A stretch of 64,000 bases of DNA from a virus, in IMG/VR virus record IMGVR_UViG_3300035180_000994, positions 4,419 through 68,418 of that record. One strand, given 5' to 3'. Numbering within the stretch: the first letter of the stretch is position 1; every line of letters begins with the position of its first letter. The notes beneath the pieces are model-generated. The model worked only from the letters and a program-made list of their open reading frames with translations. It was not told the origin of the DNA and made no database searches. Shown piece by piece: positions 17,369 through 27,001 of this stretch. Both the position numbers and the translations under genes were made by a program.

Positions 17369-18550
17369 CTACTTGGACAGGATGGTAGCTCCCAGAGCCT
17401 TGGCGAGGTCTGAGGCGGACGGACGAGAGTGAGAGAGAGGAGGGGGCGTGGGTTCTTCAGCTCGGGGCGTAGGCGACGCGGCGGGCCGGGCCACCGGAGC
17501 GTCTGCGACGACCCGGAGGGAGTGAAGCTCATAGATGAACAATGGGAGGGCATCTGCGGGGATCCGATCTGCGGATGACCACTTGAGGAGGATGGCCGTG
17601 ACCTGGGCTGGCATGGGGAAGCGGGCCTTGACGACATTGTAGCGGCGAAGTTCGTCGGGTGTGAGTTCACCGTCACTAAATACTGCTCTTCCGTAGGCTG
17701 CGAAGACCTCCTCGACCGCCTTGGCCGGGGGCTGAGTCCTGGCCATCTCGTCGATGATGGCGATGGCCTCCGGGAGCTTGTCGGCGGCGATGAGCAGCAG
17801 GGTGTTCAGGGCTTGATCCTGGTAGGACGTGTCAGCCACGGTGGACACGAGGTCCTTCGTGACCCTGCCGATGGAGGCCACCTTGTCGAGCATGACCAGG
17901 GCGTCGCGGACGTGACCCTTGGCGGCCCGGGCGATGAGCTTCACGCCGTCCATCTCGTAGTCCAGGCCGCCCTTGGCCGCCGTGGAGACCAGGAGCCCGG
18001 CGATGATGTCCGTGGCCACCCGGGCGAACTTCACCGTGCAGCATCTGGACTTGATCGTCTTGGGGATGCGGGAGGCGTCGGTCGTCGAGAAGATGAAGAC
18101 CACGCGGGTGTCAAGCTGCTCCAGGGGCTTCAGGTAGACATCCCAGGCTTCGCGGGAGAGGCGGTGGGCCTCGTCGATGAGGATCACCCGGACCTTGCCC
18201 AGAGAGGGCAGCTCCGACGCCTCGTCCACGATCTTCCGCGCCGCGTCCACACCGGAGTAGGAGGCGGCATCCACCTCTTTGAACTCCGGGTGGGCGTCAG
18301 GGTGCTCGTTGAAGACGAGGCAGGAGGCGCACTTGCCACAGCCGTAGGGGTTGTCCCCTATACACATCATGGCCTTGGCCGCGACATAGCCGGTGCTCGT
18401 CTTGCCGTTGCCATGCGGGCCTTCGAGGATGATGCCGCGTGGCAGGAACTTGCCGTTCTTGAGGATCCCCTTCAGGACCCTCAAGGCCCGATCCTGCCCC
18501 ACGATCTCTTCCCAGACCCCTGGCCTAGTGGTGATCGAGAGGGCTTCCAT
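17369..18550 (-). CDS. dnaX: DNA polymerase III gamma/tau-like clamp loader
   Basis: RP..WEEIVGQ, GPHGNGKTS Walker A, CGKCASC zinc motif, EVDAAS, IDEAHRLS, TIKSRC, GHVRDA. Confidence 0.92.
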   Translation of the reverse strand: MEALSITTRPGVWEEIVGQDRALRVLKGILKNGKFLPRGIILEGPHGNGKTSTGYVAAKAMMCIGDNPYGCGKCASCLVFNEHPDAHPEFKEVDAASYSGVDAARKIVDEASELPSLGKVRVILIDEAHRLSREAWDVYLKPLEQLDTRVVFIFSTTDASRIPKTIKSRCCTVKFARVATDIIAGLLVSTAAKGGLDYEMDGVKLIARAAKGHVRDALVMLDKVASIGRVTKDLVSTVADTSYQDQALNTLLLIAADKLPEAIAIIDEMARTQPPAKAVEEVFAAYGRAVFSDGELTPDELRRYNVVKARFPMPAQVTAILLKWSSADRIPADALPLFIYELHSLRVVADAPVARPAASPTPRAEEPTPPPLSHSRPSASDLAKALGATILSK

Positions 18551-18557
18551 GCTGCCC

Positions 18558-20159
18558 TCAGATTTCGATTTCGGTTTCAGTGGCCTTGGCGTGGACGGTC
18601 ACACCGGGCTTGCCCGGCGTCATGAAGGTGATGGACTCGCCGGGCAGGAGGTTCTCCTGCATGGCCTTCGCCATCTTCTTCGCAGCCTTCTTCACCCTGG
18701 TGCTACCACCGGCAGGGCCGTCTTCGGTCCAGGGAGCGGACTGCTCCTCGGGGACCAGGACCTCGGTGGTCGCGGCGGCGCCCATGGTGCGGGGAGCGGG
18801 CTTGATCGGCGTCAGTTCCAGGGGGGTGCACAGGGAGTTGATAAGGAGGTTCTCGGCCCACCGGAGCTGGAGGTAGTAGTTCATCCAGAAACGGTTGACC
18901 TTGTCAGCCATACCCGTGTAGTCCGTGGGGAACGGGCCATCTGGGTAGAAGTCCCGCTGGAGCTTATCCAGGGCGGGGACATTCAGGTCGATCTCCAGGC
19001 CCTTGTAGTTGCACTCGTTGAGCAGGGCGCTGACCTCGACGTGCACGGTGCCCTTGCCTTCACCCACGGGGGTGTGGAAGGAGCAGCGGGCGGCGGCCAC
19101 GTGGGCAGTCTCCACGGACTTCAGGACGGTCAGGGCATCGACGGGACGCTTGGCGAGCACGGAGGTCATGCCGGGCTTGCCCAGGGCGATCAGGGCGTCG
19201 CAGCCGACGTTGACGATCAGGCCGCTGTCGGGGGCGTAGGTGGCGATGTCGGCGATGAGGAACTCGTTCTCGTCCTTGGGGGTCGCGGTGCCCGCCTCGT
19301 CCACGCCGTCGTCTTCCATGGCGTCGATGTGGTCGGCGTCTTCCTCCGTGGCGTTCTTGATCTTCTCCCAGGCTTCCTGGCGCTCCAGCTTGAAGAGGTC
19401 CTTCTCGGCCATGGCGCTCAGGGCCAGGGAGGGCCACTCACGGGAGCTACCGGGGGTCAGCTCCATCTTCTCGATGAAGAGGCCGACGTTGCGGCTCATC
19501 CAGAACTTGAAGGCGTCGATCAGCTTCTTCGAGTTCGAGCCCAGCCAGATGTCACCGGTGCCGAAGTCGATGATGACGGGGGCCTGGGTGCGGGCGATGT
19601 AGTCCACGAGGCCGTCGGAGGTGAGCCCGGCGGAGATGTCCTTCTTGGCCTGGGTCGAGAGGGTCTTGAACGGGGCGCCGTTGGAGGTCGCGGCGGAGTG
19701 CTCCTTCAGGGCGTTGAGGTCGTCGAGCCCGGCGCGGGAGTGCAGGACCAGCCAGAAGCCGAAGATGTCGGTCTCGCCGTCCACGAGGCGGAAGTCCAGG
19801 TCTTTGCGGCCCCAGTAGCGGTCGAACGTCAGGTCCACGCCGGTCGCGTCGGTGACGGTCTCGGGGAGTTCCCAGGGCTCGGGGATCTCGTCGTTCATGA
19901 GGTTGCGGGCCACGTGAGGGTGCACCTGCTTGTCAAGCATGAGCTGGTCGAGGGGCACCGGGCTGTCGCCGCAGGGCCACATGGGTGGGTTGATGCCCAC
20001 GGTGGTGTCCATGTCCTTGCTCACGAGCAGGATGGTCCGGGCGGCGAAGGCAGACGCGGCGAAGAGCTTGCGCTCCTGGGCGAGGAACGCGGTGAACGTG
20101 GGGAGGTCTTCGGTGCGAACCGCGTAGCGGGTCCAGTTACCTTTGCCGAACAGGGACAT
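18558..20159 (-). CDS. RdgC-like recombination-associated DNA-binding protein
   Basis: MSLFGKGNWTRY start; APVIIDFGTGDIWLGSNSKKLIDAF resembles the RdgC conserved segment; pattern recognition only. Confidence 0.5.
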   Translation of the reverse strand: MSLFGKGNWTRYAVRTEDLPTFTAFLAQERKLFAASAFAARTILLVSKDMDTTVGINPPMWPCGDSPVPLDQLMLDKQVHPHVARNLMNDEIPEPWELPETVTDATGVDLTFDRYWGRKDLDFRLVDGETDIFGFWLVLHSRAGLDDLNALKEHSAATSNGAPFKTLSTQAKKDISAGLTSDGLVDYIARTQAPVIIDFGTGDIWLGSNSKKLIDAFKFWMSRNVGLFIEKMELTPGSSREWPSLALSAMAEKDLFKLERQEAWEKIKNATEEDADHIDAMEDDGVDEAGTATPKDENEFLIADIATYAPDSGLIVNVGCDALIALGKPGMTSVLAKRPVDALTVLKSVETAHVAAARCSFHTPVGEGKGTVHVEVSALLNECNYKGLEIDLNVPALDKLQRDFYPDGPFPTDYTGMADKVNRFWMNYYLQLRWAENLLINSLCTPLELTPIKPAPRTMGAAATTEVLVPEEQSAPWTEDGPAGGSTRVKKAAKKMAKAMQENLLPGESITFMTPGKPGVTVHAKATETEIEI

Positions 20160-20169
20160 GTGGGGCTCC

Positions 20170-20958
20170 TTAGTCGAGGGGGAGGAGGGTAGGGGAAAGG
20201 GTCGTCTTGCTGACGATCTCTTCGTAGAGGACTTTGCGGAGGACTCGGTCTTTTTTTGAGGACCTCAGTGCGTCTGAGGGGTCGTGGGCGGGGCAGGTGA
20301 TGGGGATGATCTCGAACTCGGGGTTGCGACGGACAAGGATCTCAGCGGCCTCCTTACCCCTGCCGGATTCTTCGTCGTCGAACATGACGTAGACCCGTTG
20401 AACCCCCAGTATCTTCAGGTAGGCCCAGTGCAGCTTACCCAACCTCTTGGTCAGTGAACAGAGGGAAGGGACCTCTGGGGCGGCATAGCGGCAAGCCGCT
20501 AGGTCGAACGGCCCCTCCATGACCAGGACCTCACCTGTCTGAATGATAACCTCCAGGGTGGCCTCGTCGTTGCCGAGCCAGGGTGGCCCGATGAACAAGT
20601 GCTTGTCCACTAGGGACAGATACTTCCCACCGTAGCGGGCGTATTGGTCGTCGTTGACCAGACGGATGTGGGCCCGCTTGATGTCGCCGGTCACGTCCCG
20701 GATGGGGAAGAGGAAGCCGGGGCCGGGCTCCAGGCCCTGGGGGACGTAGATCATCCCCAGATCCTCGACCACCGCGAGCATCTTTGGGTCGTCGGGGGCG
20801 AAGTGCCAACCACGGTTGGCCACGGCCTTCTTCAACGTCGTCTTGGCCACGGTCTCGATCTTCCCGAGCTGTAGAGCCTTCGTGTAGGTCTTCTCCAGGT
20901 TAGCGAGGAGGAGCTGGGGGTTCGTCGCCCAGGGCTCGTCCATCCATCGCTTGGCCAT
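20170..20958 (-). CDS. DnaG-type primase catalytic core (TOPRIM), no zinc-binding domain
   Basis: FLFPIRD, KYLS, VLVMEGPFD, VMFDDEESG, HDPSD. Confidence 0.8.
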   Translation of the reverse strand: MAKRWMDEPWATNPQLLLANLEKTYTKALQLGKIETVAKTTLKKAVANRGWHFAPDDPKMLAVVEDLGMIYVPQGLEPGPGFLFPIRDVTGDIKRAHIRLVNDDQYARYGGKYLSLVDKHLFIGPPWLGNDEATLEVIIQTGEVLVMEGPFDLAACRYAAPEVPSLCSLTKRLGKLHWAYLKILGVQRVYVMFDDEESGRGKEAAEILVRRNPEFEIIPITCPAHDPSDALRSSKKDRVLRKVLYEEIVSKTTLSPTLLPLD

Positions 20959-21448
20959 TGGGGGAATCCTGGGGGAGGAGGGTGGAGAGGTTGTTGAGGA
21001 GGGCGGTGATGATCGGGACGGCAGCGGGGGATAGCTTGAGGGTGTCGCCCTCCAGCCGGATCCACGCCTCCGGGGGGCCCTCGTCAGGCAGGGGCTCGGG
21101 TTCGGGCTCCTCCTGGGGGTTGAGTTGGTTGAGCACCCAGAGGAGCATCGCGGCGTCCCGGTGGTTCCTCAGGAGCCACTCACGGTTGACGCACAGCTCC
21201 CGGAACATCAGCTTCAGCTCGTCGAAGGTGTAGCGGGACTTGAACTGGAAGTCGGCCTTGCAGGACTCTCCGGGGTTGGCCCCACAGCCCGCGCACCGCT
21301 GCACCTTGTTCCCGATCTTCGGGGCGTGCTCGCAGTTCTCTGGCTTGGGGTCCAGGCCAGCCCTGACATACCGCTGGGCGGCCCGGTGAAGCACCTCGCG
21401 GAGCTTCGCCTTCACGTCAGCGATGGGTTTGAGTTCAACACGAGCCAA
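20900..21448 (-). CDS. Cys-containing hypothetical protein
   Basis: 182 aa; TTG start with GGAGG; first gene after class M motif. Confidence 0.65.
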   Translation of the reverse strand: MARVELKPIADVKAKLREVLHRAAQRYVRAGLDPKPENCEHAPKIGNKVQRCAGCGANPGESCKADFQFKSRYTFDELKLMFRELCVNREWLLRNHRDAAMLLWVLNQLNPQEEPEPEPLPDEGPPEAWIRLEGDTLKLSPAAVPIITALLNNLSTLLPQDSPNGQAMDGRALGDEPPAPPR

Positions 21449-21465
21449 GGGAGTGCCTCCACCTA

Positions 21466-21475
21466 GATGATACCC
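21466..21475 (-). promoter_or_regulatory. class M promoter motif GGGTATCATC
   Basis: Intergenic; heads the primase-RdgC-DnaX-NusG-actin run. Confidence 0.7.
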
Positions 21476-21484
21476 GCTAGGTAG

Positions 21485-22132
21485 CTAGGCTTCTTCCCCG
21501 ACCGTCAAAGTCCGGAGCGTGGGGGCCCCGATGACCCCACCAACCTGATAGGCGTGGTCCGCCCGGGCGGCCAGCTCCGGCTGGTGGGTGACGGCGAAGA
21601 TCGTGTAGCCGTGGTCCTCGGTCAGGGTCTTCAGCAGGGTGCTGACAGATCCGAGGTAAGACTGCGAAACATTGTTGAATGTTTCATCCAACACGAGGGT
21701 CCGGGCGAGCTTGAAGCGGTGGAGCATGAGCACGCGGAGCAGGAAGGCCATGACGTTCACGGGCCCGCCGCCGAAGCTGGCCATGGGGTCCCCGATCACG
21801 TCGCCCTCGGCGGTCTGGACCTTGAGCTTCACCTTGTAGCTGGTGCCCCGGGCGCCTTCCTTCTTCTCCAGGACGCAGGAGACCTTGTCGCCGAAGACGA
21901 CCTGTAGGCCCTGGGTGACCACATGCTCGACGCGGCCCACACCCTTGGCGGCCACCTCCTGGGTCAGCTTGTCCAGGACGGCTGAGGTCTTCACGAGGTG
22001 GGCCTTCTTCGTCTCCAGGTCCAGCATGGTCTTCTTCGCCACGCCGAGCTGGTCGTCCACCGCCTGCTTCCGCGCCTTCAGCCCATTGATCGTCGTGGTC
22101 AGGTCCTCGGTGCGCTGAAGCAGGGTGGTCAT
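21485..22132 (-). CDS. SbcC/Rad50-like ABC ATPase, C-terminal half only
   Basis: Coiled coil, signature SFGGG, Walker B LVLDE, H-loop VTHQ; no Walker A. Confidence 0.82.
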   Translation of the reverse strand: MTTLLQRTEDLTTTINGLKARKQAVDDQLGVAKKTMLDLETKKAHLVKTSAVLDKLTQEVAAKGVGRVEHVVTQGLQVVFGDKVSCVLEKKEGARGTSYKVKLKVQTAEGDVIGDPMASFGGGPVNVMAFLLRVLMLHRFKLARTLVLDETFNNVSQSYLGSVSTLLKTLTEDHGYTIFAVTHQPELAARADHAYQVGGVIGAPTLRTLTVGEEA

Positions 22133-22140
22133 CGGTCGTC

Positions 22141-22530
22141 CTAGTCGGGGATCCTCTCAGCTTTTACTTGGGCCACGATGCGCTTGCGACCAGCGGTGTC
22201 TGCCTTGAGGTGCGCGGCAGCGTCGGCTACCACGTTGGGGTTGAAGGTCTTGAAGAATCCCCCGTGGCCGATCTGAAGGTGGCAAAGCTCGGGGGTCATG
22301 CAGAGCACGATGACGTTGGAGGGGGTGAGTTCCAGCTCCGGGTGATCGTGGAAGGGGGCGATGTGGTGGACCTGGAGAAGGCTGGCAGCCCCGCAGGCTT
22401 GGCATTTTGGCGACTTTTGGAGGATGTGCTTTCGGAAGGTTGGCCACTGGTCCGACCGGGTTGACGGCTTGGTGACGTGCTCCCTGATCAGGGCGTGGAT
22501 GAGTTGCAGGGGATAGAGTAGATTGGCCAC
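22141..22530 (-). CDS. HNH endonuclease
   Basis: CQACG...LQVHHIAP...NVIVLC...CHLQIGH. Confidence 0.88.
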   Translation of the reverse strand: MANLLYPLQLIHALIREHVTKPSTRSDQWPTFRKHILQKSPKCQACGAASLLQVHHIAPFHDHPELELTPSNVIVLCMTPELCHLQIGHGGFFKTFNPNVVADAAAHLKADTAGRKRIVAQVKAERIPD

Positions 22531-22551
22531 AAAAGACCTCCTACCCCTGTG

Positions 22552-23574
22552 CTAGGAAGTAAGGATCACTCTGAATGATACCGAGCATCCGCCCCTAGTT
22601 ACACGGAAGAGGTCCCGATAACCCGCGATGCGGACCAAGGTGAGCTTCTCCCCCTCGGCTTGGCCCAGGGCATCCACGAGGAGCCGGGCGGTCTTGGGGC
22701 TGAATGTGATGGCGGGGAAGGGGTCGGTATCCCCTAGGGACCACGTGCTGGGGTTGCTGTAGATGTCCTTGGTGGAGACGCCGACACGAGGGCTGACCTT
22801 GATGCTGGCGCCCGGAGCGGCATGACCGGCGGCCTTGTCCAGGGCGAGGATGAACCGCCCGGCGGGCAGCTCCACGTCGCCATCCTCAACGGGACCTTGG
22901 AGGGGCCCGGGGGCGGTGACAGCTTGGTGGCTGGCGATGAAGAGGTTGACCTCGTCGAGCTGGGCCCGGTAGAACCCGTTGACCGTCAGCCCCATCACGC
23001 ACTTGTCCAGGGAGGACACGGCCTTCAGGAAGGACTCACGGGGGTGGCTGGGCAGGCCCGGGGCGTAGGTGTTGGTCCACGCGATGGTCCCGCTATGGGT
23101 CGGGAGGATCAGGGTCTCCCTGATGACCGTGGGCGCCTGGGCCAGGGTAAAGGGTCGGACGTTCAGGCCGCCGAGCCAGTTAGGCTCCAGGACCTGGAAG
23201 ATGTCCCCGGCGGTGTGCCGCTTGAACCCGGACCGGGACCGATCCACGGTGTGCACCTGGAGTTCAGTCTGGTAGTCCGAGGAGGCGGAGCGCAGCAGGG
23301 TGCCCCCATGGGCCAAGGTCAGGATCTCGATCTCGTCGGTCTCGATCACCCGCAGGCAGTCCTGGAGGTGGGCGAAGGAGACGAAGACCCAGCCCGGGTC
23401 ATCCAGGCTCGGGGCCTCCAAGGTCTCGACGAAGCCAACGGCGCCGGTGCGGCGCACGTGGATCCTGTCGGGCTCGGCCAGATGCAGGGCGACGAACGGG
23501 CTCAGACCCAGGGGGTCAATGAGGTCGCTTTGGGCCAGGGCTTTTCGGAGGGAGAGCTTCGCAGATACTGCCAT
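22552..23574 (-). CDS. probable divergent DNA sliding clamp (DnaN/beta-like)
   Basis: 340 aa; PGWVFVSFAHLQDCLRVIETDEIEI and ITFSPKTARLLVDALGQAEGEKLTL resemble beta-clamp domain 1 and 3 patterns; DnaX nearby; class M motif. Confidence 0.5.
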   Translation of the reverse strand: MAVSAKLSLRKALAQSDLIDPLGLSPFVALHLAEPDRIHVRRTGAVGFVETLEAPSLDDPGWVFVSFAHLQDCLRVIETDEIEILTLAHGGTLLRSASSDYQTELQVHTVDRSRSGFKRHTAGDIFQVLEPNWLGGLNVRPFTLAQAPTVIRETLILPTHSGTIAWTNTYAPGLPSHPRESFLKAVSSLDKCVMGLTVNGFYRAQLDEVNLFIASHQAVTAPGPLQGPVEDGDVELPAGRFILALDKAAGHAAPGASIKVSPRVGVSTKDIYSNPSTWSLGDTDPFPAITFSPKTARLLVDALGQAEGEKLTLVRIAGYRDLFRVTRGGCSVSFRVILTS

Positions 23575-23579
23575 ATCCT

Positions 23580-23589
23580 CATGATACCC
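23580..23589 (-). promoter_or_regulatory. class M promoter motif (GGGTATCATG)
   Basis: In the 19-bp gap before ATG 23574. Confidence 0.6.
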
Positions 23590-23593
23590 AGAA

Positions 23594-24604
23594 CTAGGTT
23601 GCGATGATCTGCTCGGAGGAGAACGATGACATCGCGGCGGAGCCCTGGGCTCGGATGGTCAGGTGGTAGGTCACACCGGGCATGGTCGGGAAGGGGGCCC
23701 GGCGGATGGAGCCCGAGGGGATGGCGACGAAGAGCACGGGCGGTGCGGCGTTGACCCCCACCCAGATTTCGTAGCTGACGACCAGATCCGGGCGCCGCTG
23801 GGACCACGTGAGGTTGTAGAGCCCGGAGCCCACGAGGTCTGGCTGCTCCCACTCGGGCGCCGAGGGGCGGCCCAGGGCGGAGTCGTCCTGGGTGGCCAGG
23901 ATCTCACCCGTGGTCACCACCTTGTTGATCAGGTTCGAGCGGTCCCAGGTGCTGACCACGCGGCGGCCCGGGAGATCCACGAGGACCTCCGTGGTCGTGC
24001 CGTCCTCGGCCTGGGTGCCGACGAGGATCTGACCGGACTTCAGGGAGAGCACGGAGTTGAAGCGGATGAACGTGACGAAGTTGGCCGGGAGCATCCCGGA
24101 GTCCACGTCCAGGCGCAAGGTGTCGGTGACCTCGAAGGTCTCCTCCAGCACCTGGAGCAGGAACACCCCACCCCGGCCATAGACGGCGATGACCCGCCTG
24201 CTGGCGTTCAGGGGCAGGACAGCGATAGAGCCGTAGCGCCCGGCGACCAGGGAGGTCAGGGGGATGGCGTCGTCCGGCCAGTCGCTGACCCCGGCGGGCC
24301 CCTCGGTGGTGTAGCGGAGGATGCGGCCCTGGTCGGTCAGGAGGTATGCCTTGTCCCGGTCGTCGAGGGTAGCATCCCACAGGCGCTCACCCGTCGGGGG
24401 GTAGCACCGGCGGAAGAACACGGAGAGGTCCCCCTGGGAGATCGCCAGGAAGGACTTGGGGGACGTGTAGCAGAACCGCTCGTCGCCCTGGTAGTTGTTC
24501 ACGACCTCGACCTTGAAGAAGTCGGAGAACAGGGCGGATTCCTCCGCCGCTGCCCAGAAGCCTGTGGGGGAGTTCCGCTGAGCGATGGACGCCTTATAGG
24601 TCAT
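23594..24604 (-). CDS. virion structural protein with C-terminal fibronectin type III-like domain
   Basis: PSAP...YNLTW...SYEIW...PGVTYHLTIRAQG...SSFS. Confidence 0.65.
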   Translation of the reverse strand: MTYKASIAQRNSPTGFWAAAEESALFSDFFKVEVVNNYQGDERFCYTSPKSFLAISQGDLSVFFRRCYPPTGERLWDATLDDRDKAYLLTDQGRILRYTTEGPAGVSDWPDDAIPLTSLVAGRYGSIAVLPLNASRRVIAVYGRGGVFLLQVLEETFEVTDTLRLDVDSGMLPANFVTFIRFNSVLSLKSGQILVGTQAEDGTTTEVLVDLPGRRVVSTWDRSNLINKVVTTGEILATQDDSALGRPSAPEWEQPDLVGSGLYNLTWSQRRPDLVVSYEIWVGVNAAPPVLFVAIPSGSIRRAPFPTMPGVTYHLTIRAQGSAAMSSFSSEQIIAT

Positions 24605-24745
24605 GAGGCCCCCTCAGTCGTTCGGACAAACGCTCGGTGTAGGCGGAGAACTCGGGGTGGCGGTGGTAGCCGTCGGCCTTCGCCGCTTTCACAGCGAGCT
24701 TGACGGCCTTGGGCCGGGTGGTTGGGATGAGGCAGACGCAATTCA

Positions 24746-26998
24746 TCACGGCCCCTCGTGGTGGAAAGCCACGGTGACCGTCTTGGTGACCCCGTTGACC
24801 GTTGCGCCCACTGTGAGCGAGCCGGGACCGTAGTCCACGAAGGCCACGCCCCAGCTCGCATCCGAACTGGAGGGGGGAAGGCGTGGGGAATGGAGGGGAT
24901 CGTAGGAGACCCAGTTGGTGCCCGAGGCCCAGTTCCACCGGGTGGGATCGCTCAGGGCCCAGGTGTAACCGCTGGGGGCCACGGGGATCCCCGCATCGTA
25001 GACAACTTGGATGTCCACGACGATCTGCTGCTTGGTGTAGTCGAGGAACAGGTTGTCCGGTGCGTCGAGGTAGACCTGCGGATCACCGAGGCTGAAGTCC
25101 CCCATGACGGGGCGGAGCACGGCTACAAGGTGCCAGGACAGGGGCGGCTGGGCCGTGGTGTCCATGTAGAAGGCGCGGGCCATGTGCCCGGCGTCGAGGT
25201 CGCGGTCGATGATCGGCGTGACGTTCAGCACCACGTCGGAGGTGACCACCCGGTTCACCCCATCGTCGGCGGAGACGCGGAGGGTGACGACCTCACCATC
25301 GGGGTGCATCCGGTAGGCATCCACGGACACCGTCGCCCTGTCGGCGTTGGTGAGGGTGACGGGGGTGCCCGTGAGCTGCTGCCAGAGGATGACCAGGGTG
25401 TCTAGGTCGGCGTCGGCGATGTTGGCGTGGATATCCACCCGGGAGTTCCGCAGGACGGCCACGGGGGAGGCCACGGAGATCGTCGGCTCGGCGTTGAAGG
25501 GGACGGTGATGACGGAAGAGGCATGGGTCTGTGGGAGTGCCGCGTGCCCGGGGACGAGGTCGTCCACAGCCACAGAGACCGTGAAGGAGACCTCCAGGGG
25601 CCCGATGGCCTTGTCTACCCGCAGGACCGCCTTCTTACTGCCCTCGAAGGGGGTCAGGTGGATGGCGGCGTCCGCCGAAGAGGACGACCACGTGTAGGTC
25701 AGGGAGTCGAGATCAGGGTCGATGGTCTCGCTGGCGTCCAGGATGTAGTCCACGCCCCGCTTGACCGTTAGGGTCGTGGGTTTCAGGACGGCCCGGGGCG
25801 CGAGGTTGAACTCAGAGAGGTAGGTGCCGGGGCCGCCGCCCATCTCGTTCGCGGGGTCACCCTCGATACCCACCAGGGCCCATTTGGACTGGGTGTCCTG
25901 GGTGAGCTTGCCACCGCGCAGCCACTTGAAGCGGAGGGAGGCCCAGGCGCCCACGCGGGCCACGAGGGACAGGTCCCCGGGGGTGATGTTCGCCACGCGG
26001 AGGAAGCCCTCCCGGGCGTAGAGCTTGGTGGTCTGGTCGCGGGGGCAGATCAGGTAGGCGAGGTAGTTGCCCACGCCGTCCGTGCCGATCACGGGTTCCT
26101 TGAAGATGTTGTAGCCGTCGGCAGCCAGCTCCCCGAACGTCCAGGCCCACGTGCCGTTGCCGACGCCCGCGCTGAACACGCCCCAGCCGTAAAGGATCTG
26201 GGTCTGCATCCCGTAGGTCTTGGACTGGAGGTGGTATGCTTGGGAGAGCAGGCGGTCACCGTTGGGAGCCGCGATCACCGTGAGCTTGTCGTCGGTGAAC
26301 CGGGCGCCGTAGGTCCTGAGCAGGGTCGCCCCCGACCACACCGTGGTGAACGTCCGGAGGTTGATCTTCACCGACACGTCGCGGAAAGCGAAGACCCGGG
26401 GGTGTTCGGTGTAGTAGAGTTCGACCGGTGCGGAGCCACCCGTGGCAACGAGCGAGACGGCCCCGCAGGTCTCCCCGGTGGACCAGTGGGTCTCCTGGAT
26501 GACCTCGGAGGTCACACCCATGGCGGTGATGTGGAAGGCCAGGAGGACGTATTTGGCCTCGTGGCCGACAGGGGTGATGATCTCCTGCCCGGCGGTGACC
26601 ACCAGGGCGGCACCGGCGGGCATGGGGACGATGTCGTAGGCGGACTGGGCCTTCGAGCCGGTGAGCAGGGGGATCGCGGGACCCAGGGTCACGGACACGG
26701 TGTCGAAGACGTAGTAGAACACGTCGGTGAGCAGGGGGTTCGTGTAGTTGGGCTGGCTGTGGACGATGTGGATGTTCGTGCCGTCGGCGACGATGGCGGG
26801 ATCCAAGGTCCCTGCCGGGGCGGGGAGCTGGGCGACGACCGTCCAGTTGAGCCCGAAGTCCACGGACTTGTAGATGGCCTGGGTGGAGTCCGACCGGGTG
26901 CCCCCCGCGACGTAGAGGTCGGTGCCGACCTTCACGAGCGCGGCGTTGCCAGTCAGATCGGCGGCAGCCCACGCTTGGACATCTACCTTGGAGATCAT
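24746..26998 (-). CDS. virion structural protein, beta-propeller-like N-part plus PKD/Ig-like repeats
   Basis: YKSVDFGLNW Asp-box; LDASETIDPDLDSLTYTW and DADLDTLVILWQQLTG PKD-like repeats. Confidence 0.7.
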   Translation of the reverse strand: MISKVDVQAWAAADLTGNAALVKVGTDLYVAGGTRSDSTQAIYKSVDFGLNWTVVAQLPAPAGTLDPAIVADGTNIHIVHSQPNYTNPLLTDVFYYVFDTVSVTLGPAIPLLTGSKAQSAYDIVPMPAGAALVVTAGQEIITPVGHEAKYVLLAFHITAMGVTSEVIQETHWSTGETCGAVSLVATGGSAPVELYYTEHPRVFAFRDVSVKINLRTFTTVWSGATLLRTYGARFTDDKLTVIAAPNGDRLLSQAYHLQSKTYGMQTQILYGWGVFSAGVGNGTWAWTFGELAADGYNIFKEPVIGTDGVGNYLAYLICPRDQTTKLYAREGFLRVANITPGDLSLVARVGAWASLRFKWLRGGKLTQDTQSKWALVGIEGDPANEMGGGPGTYLSEFNLAPRAVLKPTTLTVKRGVDYILDASETIDPDLDSLTYTWSSSSADAAIHLTPFEGSKKAVLRVDKAIGPLEVSFTVSVAVDDLVPGHAALPQTHASSVITVPFNAEPTISVASPVAVLRNSRVDIHANIADADLDTLVILWQQLTGTPVTLTNADRATVSVDAYRMHPDGEVVTLRVSADDGVNRVVTSDVVLNVTPIIDRDLDAGHMARAFYMDTTAQPPLSWHLVAVLRPVMGDFSLGDPQVYLDAPDNLFLDYTKQQIVVDIQVVYDAGIPVAPSGYTWALSDPTRWNWASGTNWVSYDPLHSPRLPPSSSDASWGVAFVDYGPGSLTVGATVNGVTKTVTVAFHHEGP

Positions 26999-27001
26999 GC
27001 G

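Noticed and set aside
24594-24746. 50-aa ORF MNCVCLIP... between two structural genes
   Set aside because: Plausible from coupling but no other support, so not listed as a feature.
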